A stretch of DNA of 64,000 nt, from assembly GCF_009914755.1 (NCBI RefSeq), contig NC_060928.1; one strand, 5' to 3'. The DNA comes from the human T2T-CHM13v2.0 reference genome, Homo sapiens. Under the pieces are notes generated by a model, which saw only the letters and a program-made list of their open reading frames with translations, had not been told where the DNA came from and did no database searches. Positions 1-14,365 of the stretch are shown piece after piece. Position numbers and translations under genes: made by a program. Numbering within the stretch: the first letter of the stretch is position 1; each line of letters opens with the position of its first letter.

Positions 1-1399
1 AAAATTATATGAATTTGCAGTATACATATAATTACTATCAGATTGCAGTATAAGCACAACACCGTTCTCAAGATCACTAGTTTCTTCGACTATGAAAAAA
101 AAATTCCAGGACTCAAAACAGAATGATTATAGACCTCATTGATTTTTTTCTTAAGTAAAGCAATTATACTTTAAAACATGTTCTCAAGGATGAGAAAAAA
201 TGTTATATTAAGACATTGCACTAGATATGAAGTTAAGACAGTGTTTTTTCTTTGTTTTTGTTTTTGCTTATTTGTTTTTAATCTCAGTTCTACCACCTGA
301 TAGCTTCAGGAACCTGAAAAAATTGCTTCATTGTCCTATACTATAAAATAAATGAAAAGCATAGAAAAGATAAATATTTCATTTATTTCTCATCACCACC
401 AAGTGAGTTGATCCTATGAGAGGTAATATAGTGTAGTATTAACAGTGGAGGCTCTGAAATTAAACAGTCCAATACCACCAATAAATGTCAATCAATGAGT
501 TAAGCCGACTCAAGACTGCTTGACTGAAGAGCCCATGTCTGCCCCACTCTAACCTCTATGGCCTTATAAGGATGCCTATGAGAAATCATTAAACAGCATT
601 GGAGAAAGAAGAATAACATCTGTCCTTTAAAACTGCTCATAGTTCTGACTATTAACACGACTAATACTGTGAATGTTGTTTTTCCCAAAATTGCCTTGTG
701 CAGAATTAGGGATATTTTTTCTTTATTTATTTGGTGCCTGATACTGGAATGCTGTCTGTGAATAATTAATATTTCCAGTAAGAGGTGTGTTTTTTTTGTC
801 ATATCAGTTCAATTTAGCTTTATCAGAAAAAGATCAAGGATAATATTCAATAATAAGAAACATATGTAGCTTAGAGTAACAGATATAAGCTGCTTCTGGA
901 TGATTTACAGAAATAGTAGAAAATAATATGGGAAAATAGATATGGAAGTATCAAAATAATAAAGAAAATACACTTCCACTTGAAAAATAATTTAGAGTTT
1001 CTTTATAAAGAATATCTTATAGGTAAAAAAATTATTTAAGGGACTTAATCATTGTTCTCTGCTCCCTTTTCCTTTTTGGAATACATATCTTTCTCCTTGG
1101 AAGACAAGTAAATAGGAAACTCACAATTTTTCCAGCAAAACTTGTATGTGAAAATATAAGCAAAATGATAAATGTGACTGGCCGACAAGCAAAAAACATT
1201 GTTTACCATCAAACAGCACCAAAACTTCTGGCTGTGTTATTACCAATTTGAATGGACCTTTGCCGAAAGTCCCTGTAAGTATCTTGATAGCAGATAATTC
1301 CAACACACCTCTTGTTTCTGTCAACTCACTACCTTGAGATGTTAAGCTAGTTTAATAATATACTCTCTTTGAAATGGTATCCAATGTTCCTTTAACTCA

Positions 1400-2450
<1,051 letters not shown>

Positions 2451-3500
2451 GATACCTATTATTGTTATTGTTAATAATGATTAAGAATTTTATTGTTATA
2501 CGTTTTTCTGCAAGGACATTTCAAACTTTTTACCTAAGCCCAATTAAGGTAGAAAAAATCAAAATGATATGGAATAAAATTTTGACATACTAATCCTATT
2601 TAGCCTTGTATTTAGACTAGCATGTATAATATTTCCAAGTATACATTTGTAAGAAATGCAAATTAAAAATGTATTCAATTTAGAAATCCAATCTAAGACT
2701 TAAACATTAGAAATACATAATGTTTTCTGATAATTTAATAAGTACTTGAAAGTATGTAGCCCTATGTCCAACACATATCAAGTGACCAGTAACTATTACA
2801 TAGTCCAGAATATCTAGAGAATTATCTTTTGATCGTTTCATCATGCTACAGTGTCCAAGCTCACAGGGTTCCTTGAAAAGGCATTAAGAAGGAGTAAAAA
2901 CATGTTTTTTTCATGAAGGAAATTTAAGCATAACATTAGGATGTGCAAAACTCAAGAAAAAATAAAAAATTATATGTAAAAACACTAAGAAAAGTTTTTT
3001 AAAAGCCCAGAGGAGGTTTGAGTGAATGGGATCAATAAAATTATTCTGAAATAAAAAGGAAGGAAAAAGGTTTGAGTGAAGAGAGAAACACAGTAGTGAG
3101 AGTAGAGGAATTTCTTATTAAAGACCTCCATTTTTGGTACTGAGTGAGAGGCTGATTAATCTCAGAGTGAGTACCAGAAAGGCATGTATGTTTGGAAAAG
3201 ATTAGGTGGCAATGAAAAGAAAGTGTCATGTGGGATTTTTCAATATGTTCTATGAGCCTGATTTAATAAAAAGTAAAAGCAGAATATGACACACTTAGTA
3301 GGTGTTTTTGCATTACTTCTTTTTTATCTTTTTAGTTATTACCAATGTACTTGCGTTTTTGTGTGTGATGGCCATTTTCCAACTTTCCTCAGTGTTGAGA
3401 TTCAGAAGTTGCTAAGTGTTAATATTTCCTAGTTAACAGAGCCTGGTGGGAGAAGATGTTTGTTCATTTGTTTTGTTTGATAAACAGCATATCTTTTTTA

Positions 3501-4357
3501 AATATAAGGTCAACTTTTATTTTAGATTCAGGGAGTACACATGCAGGTTCGTTACATGAGTATATTGCGTGATGCTGACGTTCGGGATACAAATGATCTC
3601 GTTAACTGGGTAGTGAGCATAGTAGCCAAGAGGCAGTTTCTCAGTCCTTCCCTCACTTTTTTGGTATCCCCTTTAGTAGTCCCCAGTGTATACTCCTTTC
3701 TTTATGTCCATGTGTACCCCGTTGTTTGACTCCCACTTATAAGTGAGAACATGTGGTAGTTTGTTCTTGGTCCTGAGTTAATTTTCTTAGAATAATGGCC
3801 TCCATCTGCATCCTTGTAGTTGCAAAGGACATGATTTTATTCTTTTTGACAGCTGTACAGTATTCTACAGTGTATATGTACCACATTTTCTTTATCCAAT
3901 TCATGTATGTTGATTTTATGTCTTTGCTATTGCAGATAGTGCTGCAATGAATATGTAAGTTCATGTATCTTTTTGGTAGAAGTTAATTTTCCTTTAGGTA
4001 TATACACCCAGTAATGGGATTCCTGTGTCACATGGTAGTTCTAAGACCCTTGAGAAATCTCCAAACTTCTTTTCACCATGGTTGAACTAATTTAGACTCC
4101 CACCAACAATGTATAAGCATTCCCTTTTCTATGCAACCTCTCCAGCATCTGTTATTTTTTGACTTTTTAATAATAGCTATTCTGACTGGCATGAGATGGT
4201 GTCTGATTGTGGTTTCGATTTGCACTTCTCTAATGATTAGTGATGTTGAGCATTTTTTCCTGTTCATTGGCTGCTTATGCGTCTTCTTTTGAGATGTGTC
4301 TGCTCATGTCTTTGGTTCACTTTTTAAGGTGGTCACTTGTTTTTTGTTTCTTGAATT
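3501..4357 (-). mobile_element. L1PA15/16-type L1 3' end (3'UTR plus ORF2 C-terminus)
   Basis: 3'UTR 'caacttttattttagattcaggg...gtagtccccagtg'; ORF 4073-4267 encodes L1 ORF2 C-terminal '[30 protein letters not shown]'. Confidence 0.9.
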
Positions 4358-4756
4358 ATAAAAAACAATGGGGAAGAACTCCTATTCAATAAATGGTACT
4401 GGGATTACTGGCTAGCCAGACGCAGAAGAATGAAATTGGATTTTTACCTTTCACCATACACAAAAATTGACTCAAGGTGGATTAAATATTTATATGTAAG
4501 AGCTCAAACTATAAAAGTTCTAGAGGAAAACCTAGAAAATACCATTCTGGACAGAGGATTTATGACTAAATCCTCAGCAGCAATTGCAACAAAAACAAAA
4601 ATTGACAAGTGCGACCTGATTAAACTAAAGAGATTTTGCACAGCAAAAGAAACTATCAATGGAGTAAACTGGCAACTTACAGGTTTGTGACAACCTCACA
4701 AACTATGCATCAAACAAAGATCTGATATCCAGAATCAACAAGTAACTTACACAGTT
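4358..4756 (+). mobile_element. Inverted 5' segment of the same L1 (twin-priming inversion)
   Basis: ORF 4430-4690 is L1 ORF2 '[33 protein letters not shown]'. The composite is flanked by a degenerate TSD, cagcatatctttttta (3485-3500) / cagcatgtctcttttta (4757-4773). Confidence 0.88.
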
Positions 4757-5725
4757 CAGCATGTCTCTTTTTAATTTTTGATTTTTAAAAAATCTGAAAC
4801 TTTTAAAATAGTGTCCTGGAATAATACTTAACATTTTCACATACAGAAACTAAAACTAAGCATCATATTTTAAAATATAAATATCTACCTAATTGATTTT
4901 GATTTATTATTCCACATGAAGATGTCTGTTCAAGGAAGATAGCTCTTATTTCCTAAAAGTGAATACACTTATGCTTTTTAATATGCATCTTTTTTTCTCT
5001 TTAGATGCGAGTTATTTTCAATTGCTTTGACTTAGATGAATGGAAGAAAATCAACTTCCTCCAACCATAGCACTTTTCAAAGACCTCTCTTATTTTAAAT
5101 ATGTATATTTTTCTCCTTCCTGTATGATAGTGTCAGATTTATTCTCTTAAGTAGCAGTGAGTATGACTTTTAGAATGAGTGTTTGTAAAATTTTATTAGT
5201 GCTATACAGTCTGTTTCTTGATGGGACCTGGTGTTTGTATACACATTAAGTTTTTATATTGTGAAACTAATACATAAGTATGTAAAATGATTTTGTACTT
5301 AGAAATTCAACTATACATAAAACTAGTAGGGTGGTGTGTATTCTTGTACACTTTACTTAATATAGAGAGAATTGTGGATTTTTATTGAGAGAGTTGATTG
5401 GAAGAGTCCCAGCTCAACCGCTAGTCATTTTTTTGCTTTGGATAATCACTCAGAACCTCTGTTTTACCCATGTGGTAGAGGAAGAGCAGACTGCCTTACT
5501 CAATCCAAGGAAAATAATTAGGATTAAGTGGAAAAAAGTTGTACAACACCAATGTACATACTCCATAGCACTATACAGATGTAAGACAATTTACTATCTT
5601 TCTAAAATTGTATTTCCTTTTATGATATGATTATTGTCATTTTCTGCACTAGTATTGAGCATGCTTTAATATTTACCTTAAGCAATTTATTAAGGTAAAT
5701 AATTATTTTTGTTCTAAATCTTAAA

Positions 5726-5948
5726 AATAATAATAGTAACTATTCTTTATGGAGTATTTAGTATGTACCAAGCCCTGAGCTAAATGTTATGCATATCAGT
5801 GTTACATTTAACCCTTAAACAATCCTATAAGGTAGCTATTATTGCTATTTAATTTTATAGAAGAAAATGGGTCTCAGGGACATTAAAATGACAGCTGCTT
5901 GATTTAAGAACCAAGATTCAAAGCCAGTTCTATTTGACATCAAAGTCA
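5726..5948 (-). mobile_element. MIR SINE
   Basis: 'tatgtaccaagccctgagctaaatg...aatcctataaggtagctattatt...aagattcaaagccagttctatttgac' resembles antisense MIR. Confidence 0.7.
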
Positions 5949-6016
5949 ATTTGGCATATAAAAAACAAATCAAAGAAAGGCATTATGAAGTCATTAATAG
6001 CTAAGTTTCAACAGCA

Positions 6017-6234
6017 AGACACAAATGGATTTGAGTCTTACTCTAATACTAGGTGTGTGATCTTGGGCAAGTTCCCTTTGCATGTGTATATTTCTTCATT
6101 GATAAATGGGGATTAAAGTGGAACTTACTTTATGGAGCTGTTTTTAGGTTTAGATGAGATATGTATACATGTAAAGTACTTAGCATTATATCTGTCACAC
6201 AATACATACACAGCAAATGTTTGCCTTTATTATT
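6017..6234 (+). mobile_element. MIR SINE
   Basis: MIR core 'tgtgtgatcttgggcaagtt...tttcttcattgataaatggggat...atgtaaagtacttagca'. Confidence 0.75.
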
Positions 6235-6404
6235 TAATCTTCTTAAATTTAGGTCCCTCATTCAAAAATGGAGATGAAAATAAAATAACACCTACCTCAG
6301 AATGATAGTGCAAGTATTATATGAGACTATTATTTAAAAAATGGTACTGGGCATATAAGTGCTCAGTAAATAATAATTATTGTCATTATCATCATCATCA
6401 TCAT
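6235..6404 (+). mobile_element. MIR 3' fragment ending in (ATC)n
   Basis: 'ctcattcaaaaatggagatg...cctacctcagaatg...gggcatataagtgctcagtaaata'. Confidence 0.6.
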
Positions 6405-7240
6405 GTCCAGTCTCCTTCCGGTGAGCATCTACTCTGAATTGCAATATATTTGCTTCAAATTCTGTTGGTTGCAGATATTTGTTACCTTTGTCACCTCTTA
6501 AACTGCACCAAGAAAAGCTCAATGGCTCTGATGAATTGCCTAGCATCCCATTAGGGCTCACTTAAAGGCTGATAGCATAAGGAGAAGATATTATTTATTT
6601 TCTATACTAAGCCAAAAAAAAAAGACAAAAAAAAAGTCACTATTTAAGAGCAGGGAGTTTGTATTGCACAACATTCAATGTTAAGAGAGAATCAGTAAAA
6701 ATAGGTAATTAGAACAATTCCTTAGTCAACTGTAATGGAAAAAAATATAAAAATATATCTGCAAAGGGGTATGGTGTGAGATAAAGAGACAGAGACTACC
6801 ATGTGCAAGATACATTTATGATGTAGAATGATATGTAATCCATCAGCAGGTGAATAAAATGGAATGTGCTCTCTTGGTTGCTAATTTGTAGTGGTATGAC
6901 TCAAATGCACATAATGATAAAAATGACAAGGAGTTGGGAGTTGCAGTAGGCAAAAGTAGAACTAGGAAAAGTAATCATAGTAAAATTAAATAGGAATTCC
7001 AAATAATATAAATGTTTTTTACATTTGTGTTCAAGAAATATAAAATAAGAAAAAGGCTAAACTGTTCTTTCTAGCCTCCAAACACCATCAACCAAATTTT
7101 ACTTTTATAATTTATATTTGAAAAAATGAAATTCGACCATATCTTCCCCTTAATGAGGAGTGTGTGTGTGTATGTATATCAATACACCTTGTTTTCCCCT
7201 TCTTTAGTTTCATGATTCTACCCTCAAATTAAGGTATTAT

Positions 7241-7360
7241 TTTATTTAACTATAAATATTTATTGAGTGCCTGCCATGTTCCAGGTATTGTTCTGGTATT
7301 TGACAGCCATAGGTAAGCAACACAGGAAAAGATAGCTTCCTTCTTGCACTCTTATCAGAG
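7241..7360 (-). mobile_element. L2 3' end fragment
   Basis: 'aaatatttattgagtgcctgccatgttccaggtattgttct' is the typical antisense L2 terminus. Confidence 0.65.
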
Positions 7361-9745
7361 AAGAAAAAAATAATATCATAAAACCAATAATCATAATATC
7401 ATAAAAATATTTTATGTTAAAAGGCTATTAATAATATGTAACATTTTAGAATTCTACATGGGCATAATACCATGAGGGAACTTGACCTCTTACTATATTT
7501 TATGCTTTATCTTTGAAAAAGTATACATGCCAATTGTTAAGTTCTAGGAAATCATATCACATTAATTCTGTTTGATAGCTGCAAGATTCAGATTGTTCCC
7601 ATTTCAAGCCTCCTTTGGATTTCTAATTGGCTTGGCTATGCATTAGCATGTAGAAAACTGTGGTCATAAATTTGTATTCAGCAAGCATTGGTAGCATGGT
7701 TCAGGCAGGTGAAAATGTATAAAGACATAAGAAAATGTGCTATGCAGGCCATTTGGAGAAATACGTCCTTGAAGATTTTTTCAAGTGGTCCTCCCTGTGA
7801 ATACAATGCATACTTTAATCTCATTTTAGTATAACTTCCTTGTTTAGATTTGTTTCCACCTGTCTGTGAATTCCTGAAGGATACAAACCCTATGATTTAT
7901 CATTAAACAGGCTAACTGTCAGTTCCAAGACCAAGAGTGGCCAGATTAACTACCAATGAGAAGAAACCCTATCCTAGAGTCTGAACTTATTAATCTGTGG
8001 TCTGGGCTTTTGAGCCTTGACCCAGTTGATGTCAGAAACCCTAACCAGTAAGGCTTGGTCATATGCCTAGAAATGTTTCAAAGATTGCTCTTCCACACCT
8101 AGATTATTTCCAATACATTATTGGATAGCTTGTGAAACATCCATTTTCACTGACATGACTGGGAAATTCAGTCATAAAAAGTCTACGCAAAGATCATGTA
8201 GATATAGTTTTAAAAGGAGTAGGATAAGAAAAATGGCAGAAGGATAAGAAAAATAAGATAGGCTCCGAATGGGCTTTGTAAAGAGGTTCTATAACTATTG
8301 TTTAGTTTTTCTTGTATTAATTTCTTCCATTCATTAACAATTCAACAGTGGTTTCTATTTCTTTTTCTGCCTATTTTGTTTTGTTTTGTTTCGTCTTCTC
8401 TCTTTCTCTCTGGGATCTTCCTTCTGTTTTTATAAGAGTCTTCATTTTGTCTAAGGAATTGGCTTACAAAGATGTCCTCAATTTCTCCCATTTCATTCTC
8501 TAGTATACAGCTTGCCTTCCCAACCTTTATCACTGAAATTTGTCCAAGGTGGAAAAATAATACTTTCCTTATGGCATAAGATGAACAAGTTCTCTGACCC
8601 TAAGACTGTTGTAGTCAAGAATGTCTTTACATGCTTGGTCTTGTGAGTTCTGAGAATGCTGTCATTGAGTATGCTTGGCTGATACTCGCCCCTAACTACC
8701 ATGCTTGTTGCTAACTGCTGGTACTCCACTAGGTGTACCATTGTGCCAATATGTATCTTTGTTCCAATATGTATCTTTAATTTACTAAGACTTTATTTCT
8801 GTTTAGAATGATTAAATTATAGATTTTGATTTTAGACCAATATTTTAAATTTATAAAGATAAAAAGTTTTAGGAAGCTCTTGCTGCCATTTTTCTTATCC
8901 TTCTCTTTTTAAAACTATGTCTATATGATCTTTGGCTTAGGCTTTTTATGTTTGAATTTCCCAATCATGTCAGTAAAAATGGATTAGTCTCACAAGATAT
9001 CCAGTAATGTATTTGAAATAACCTACATGTGGAAGAACATTCTTTGAAATATTTCTAGGACTATGAGCAAGGCTTGCTGGTTAGGGTTTCTGATATCAGT
9101 TGGGGCAATTCTCAAAAGCCCAGACCATAGATCAATAAGCTCAGACTGTAGTATGGATCTAAAAGGCACAGTGTATTGCCAGTTTTGGCTTCTGGTGGAA
9201 AATCCAAGCTGATAACTGAGGTTAGTGTATATGTTGTATACCATGATAAATTCTACATTAGGTAGCTAGTCACCAACAGTTGTCACGATAAGGTGAAAAA
9301 ATATCCCAAGAGGAGTCAGCTCAGTTAAGATCATTAATTTCAAAGTATGGAAGACTGGTATTTTACACAAAATTCTACCTCATAATAGTGTGAGTTTGGG
9401 AAAGCAACATAGTCTTTCTGAGTCTTAGGTTTTCATGTATTTGCAATGAAGAGAATAAAATGCTAGTATAATTTACAAGCATTGTTAATGCTGAGGCATT
9501 TATAAATGTTGGAATACAGAGGAAGTTATTCTTAGTATCTAAAAATCTAGTGTTGAGGGCAAACAAATAGTGCTAATAGTAAATATATTTATTTCACAGT
9601 GTAATAATAGTGCTTACTTTTGTATAGTATTTCATTGTTTACAAAACAAATGTACAAACATTATCTCACATCTTTACACAGTAAATAGGACAGGGCTTAT
9701 TATTTCATTTAAAGTTAAATATGTTAAAAATCTAAAAATTTAAAT

Positions 9746-10617
9746 GGTCAGCTATCTTTAATTTTTAAGAGAAACAAGTCACATCCTGAAATGGCTTAAA
9801 GTTAAAAGTGATTTTACTGTCTTAAATAATAACACAGTCTGAGATTAAGGGCAGTATAGGCATGACTGAATTGGGGGCTAATTAGAAAATATTCTTATTT
9901 TATTTCTCTGAAATATTATTACTTCTTACATTTTTCTCCATTCCTAGGCATGACATGGTATCACCAATTAGTAAGAAACATATATCCTGTAGTAGGAGGA
10001 AGATGGCTGCTATAAAACTATCATAAGCCCAGCACGGTGGCTCACGCTGGTAATCCCAGCACTTTCGGAGGCTGATGTGGGTGGATGATGAGGTCAGGAG
10101 TTCAAGACCAGCCTGACCAAGATGATGAAACCCCATCTCTACTAAAAATAGAAAAATTAGCCAGGTGTTGTGGTGGGTGCCTGTAATCCCAGCTACTCGG
10201 GATGCTGAGGCAGAGAATTGCTTGAACCCGGGAGGAGGAGGTTGCAACAAGCCGAGATCGTGCCACTGCACTCCAGCCAAGGAGACAGAGCAAGACTCCA
10301 TCTCAAAAACAAACAAACAAACTATTGCAAAGATGGGTTCAGTCTTTTAATAATTTCCGTAAAATTTCTGAGAGTAATTCCAATTTGATAGGCTTGCATG
10401 ATATGCCCAACCTTCAACCACCAGTTGGGTTTAGAGGACTATGATTTGCTATCAGTCAAATAATGCTCAATGCATGGAACTGAATAGTGGGAGGTGAAAC
10501 CTTTTCTTTTGGCCCACCTGAACAGAGTTCTGTAGAAATGAATAACCAAATGAAAATTTGGCTAATGCTCAAGAAAGAAGTAAGAATGCTGGGGATGGCA
10601 AGAGAAATGTCTGCTTC
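9746..10617 (-). mobile_element. Old MaLR solo LTR (MLT1J/K/L-type), interrupted by an Alu
   Basis: 'aaatggcttaaa...aagatggctgc', 'ggcttgcatgatatgcccaaccttcaacc' and terminal 'gaatgctggggatggcaagagaaatgtc'. Confidence 0.5.
10027..10320 (+). mobile_element. AluSg-like, full length
   Basis: Sg-type 'ggatgatgaggtcaggagttc' and an (AAAC)n tail. TSD aaactatcataa / aaactattgcaa shows opposite CpG decay in the two copies. Confidence 0.93.
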
Positions 10618-10809
10618 TGTAGACGAACAACTAAAGGTGTTATGGTGTAGGTTCCAACAGAATACAATGCACACAAAAGGAGAAGTAAACAAAGGAATGA
10701 TTTTTTTTCCAAATTAAAAGATAGGAGAAAATGAGAAAAAGAATATATGTGCAAGTGTGCAGCAATCTGAAAGATGAAAGAAAAAGAAAATGTTTGCAAT
10801 GATTACTAG

Positions 10810-10859
10810 AGTAACTAAAGTAGTGTGAGTCATAGTAACTAAAGTAGTGTGAGTCATAG
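10810..10859. repeat. Perfect 24-bp tandem duplication; each unit contains the AP-1 site TGAGTCA
   Basis: agtaactaaagtagtgtgagtcat x2 (10810-10833, 10834-10857). Confidence 0.95.
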
Positions 10860-11621
10860 CAGATGAACCCTGAAAATCTTTATGGAAAGCAGTCCACTTG
10901 GAGAATTGCACAGGCCTCCTTTGGATTGTCCATTTGGTATGTACAATTCTAACTAAAGGTATGACGAGATGAATTCCATAGACAATATATCTGGGACAGA
11001 CATATCCAGGGGAACTATTTTTCTATTCAATATACTTTTAACTGCTTCATTTCACCAGACTACATGCTGTAACAGGTTTAAACACTATTAAACTCTATTA
11101 AACAGTGATAAAGATATGCACTCATCTCTGAAACATGAGCACAGCTCATGAAATTCCCTGCTGAGGAGCTATCGGTTTGCGTCTCTGCTGAAGTTACAGC
11201 CCATAAATGTAGGCCTGAGTTCTCAGTAATTATTCTTCCCTTTCAGATCATCAGAAGGAAAATAACCTCATGTATTTATAGCCATTTCTACTAGGTATTC
11301 AGTGATTATTTGTTGATTCTTGCATTGATTTTCATAGAGGATGTTGTTATTTGAAGAAATTTGTTGGTGGGAAAGATCTAATTGGACTGATTACATAGGC
11401 AGCATGGCCTTCATAACGAGCTCTGTCCTATTTGCTGGCATTTGCAAATCTAGGTTAGAGAGGGAGAAAAAGGAAAAGAGAAAGAGAGAGAGAGGAAAAG
11501 GGCTGATGATAGTTCCTTTCAGCTTAGTTCATTGATGATCTATAGCCTTTTTCAAAGTTGAGTATATATAATATATATTTCAAATATCATGTAATTATTT
11601 ACTTTTTAAAATAATATTTTA

Positions 11622-11910
<289 letters not shown>

Positions 11911-12616
11911 TTAATGTGAAAAAAATTTAAAGTTAGAGCTTATTTGATTACCTTAAGAGCTACATGAACTTGACAACAGACCATCCAAACTATTGTACAA
12001 AAATTGGCTGAACATAGAGTTTAAAATACTAAGTTGACTATCCTATGGCCAATCTGGTGGCCATATAACTCTGGAAAATTATTGTGAAACAGCACAAATG
12101 TTATATTATATAACCTGTAAAGAAAATATATAACAATGATAAGTGACACAGAGGTTATATTGGAAATATATATGCATTGGAAATATAAATGGATTATATA
12201 TTATATATTGTTATGTATTTGTCTCAGGATGGTGCTGAGACAATTTAGTAATATAATAGGTAGAAGAATTTTTTTTCTACTAAAATTGACCTAAAGAACT
12301 TTATGGGGTTACTTTGCAAATATGACCATAAATTCTAGCAGTCTGTCTTATTAACTTTATTTGAAACTAAGTCTATTTCTTAAATTGTATAAATATGAAA
12401 GCATTAAAAATATAGGCCAAATCATTTTAATGAATATTCTGTCTTCATTTTTTGTGGCCTTAGGATATGTTAGAATTTTTTCACGCTCCACATTCTCATT
12501 TGCATAGAAAGAGATTATTTTAATTTTTGATAGGATAAAATGCCTAAATGGTGTAATCAATAAAGACTGCCATAGGACATTATAACTTATTTCTTCTCTC
12601 TAACTGTATGCTTGTT

Positions 12617-12835
12617 CAAGAGTAGAGCGACTATTGTTAACAATGTACTATACATTTCAAAATAGCTGGAAGTGAGGACTTGGAATGCTCTCAACACATA
12701 GGAATGATAAATGCTCACAGTGATGTATATCCTAACTATCCTGACTTGATCATTAGACATTCTATGCATGTAACAAAATATTACATGTACCCTATACATA
12801 TGTACAAACATTACGTATCAACTAAAAATAAAAAA
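12617..12835 (+). mobile_element. L1MA5/6-type 3' end, heavily 5'-truncated
   Basis: 'tttcaaaatagctggaagtgagg...cctgacttgatcattagacattctatgcatgtaacaaaatattacatgtaccc' followed by an A-rich tail. Confidence 0.85.
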
Positions 12836-13349
12836 TGCTGGCAATGTAGATATGCAGAAGATGTGGAAACTATGAGCAAAAAGGAGTTTGGGAATGCAGA
12901 ATTGTATAACTCATCAAGCAGAAATTCAACAGTTATTTTGCCTAATTCTATGATGACTCTTTGGCGGCACCAAAGAGATTAACAATATGCCACTGAGATA
13001 TATCAACTATATTTATACTGTATTTATTTAAAAAGTAAGAAAAATTTAAAATAAGGAAAATGTCAATTATGTGAAGTTTAAGCAGACAAAAGTGAAGCAG
13101 AGAAATGAAAAGGGGAGGAAAGGATCAGGAATTGAGGAATGTGGTTAAAAAAAAGTAAGCAGAGTTGGAAGAAAGGAGTATAGAACATTTTTAAAAAACA
13201 GGACAAAACCCATATTTGCTGGAATGGCACTGATTGTTCTATCAGATGTCTCTCAGAGGACCCAGTTTCTTGGGTTTCCTAAAACATTTCACATCAATGT
13301 TTTCAAACTCAACCAAACATTGAAATATGAAATTAATATGTTCAAGAGA

Positions 13350-13597
13350 TAGAACGGTAAGGTAATTAAGAGCCTAGCTCCTAGAGACAGACCAAATGTA
13401 CTTGAGTTTTGGCTTTGCAATTTAATTGCTGTAACCTTGGTCAAGGTATTTAACTTATCTGAGCCCCAGTTTTCTTATCCATAAAATGGAATTATTAAGA
13501 TATCCTTTATGGGTTAGCTGTGGTAATTATATGTACTATGGTATTACTTGCATGTGCTGGGCACATGGTAAGTCCTATTGCTTGTTATTATCATTAC
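13350..13597 (+). mobile_element. MIR SINE
   Basis: 'gtaaccttggtcaaggtatttaacttatctgagccccagttttcttatccataaaatgg'. Confidence 0.8.
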
Positions 13598-14034
13598 CAA
13601 TGTAGTGCATTATTACTAGAATAACTTTTTTAAATTTAGTAAGTTTTATTTTAGAACAGTTAAAGATTACAGAAAATTTGAAGATAGTACAGAGAGTTGT
13701 CATATATACCACACCCAGCTTCCCCATTAACATCCTACAAATGTATAGCATATTTATTACAACTTATAAACCAATATTGATATATTATTATTAAGCAAAG
13801 TGGATATATTTTTCAGATATTCTTAGTATTTACCTAATGTCTGTGTGTTCCAAATTCCCATCTGTGATACCTCATTACATTTAGCTTTAATGTTTTCTTA
13901 GGCCCCTCTTGGCCATGAGAGTGTTTCAGATTTTTCTTGTTTTTAATGACTTGCACAGTTTTAAAGAGTATGAGTCAGATAATTTATAGTATGTTCCTCA
14001 ATTAGGATTTGTCTGATGTTTTTCTCATGATTAG

Positions 14035-14365
<331 letters not shown>

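Noticed and set aside
2707-2873. Minus-strand acceptor followed by a 54-codon open frame (EPCELGHCSMMKRSKDNSLD...)
   Set aside because: No recognisable protein, a weak AAG acceptor and no convincing donor; compatible with chance.
8221-8261. Repeated aggataagaaaaat with GATA motifs
   Set aside because: Short low-complexity purine repeat; GATA hexamers are frequent in AT-rich DNA.
11134-11150. Inverted repeat catgagc-aca-gctcatg
   Set aside because: 7-bp stems are expected by chance in 64 kb.
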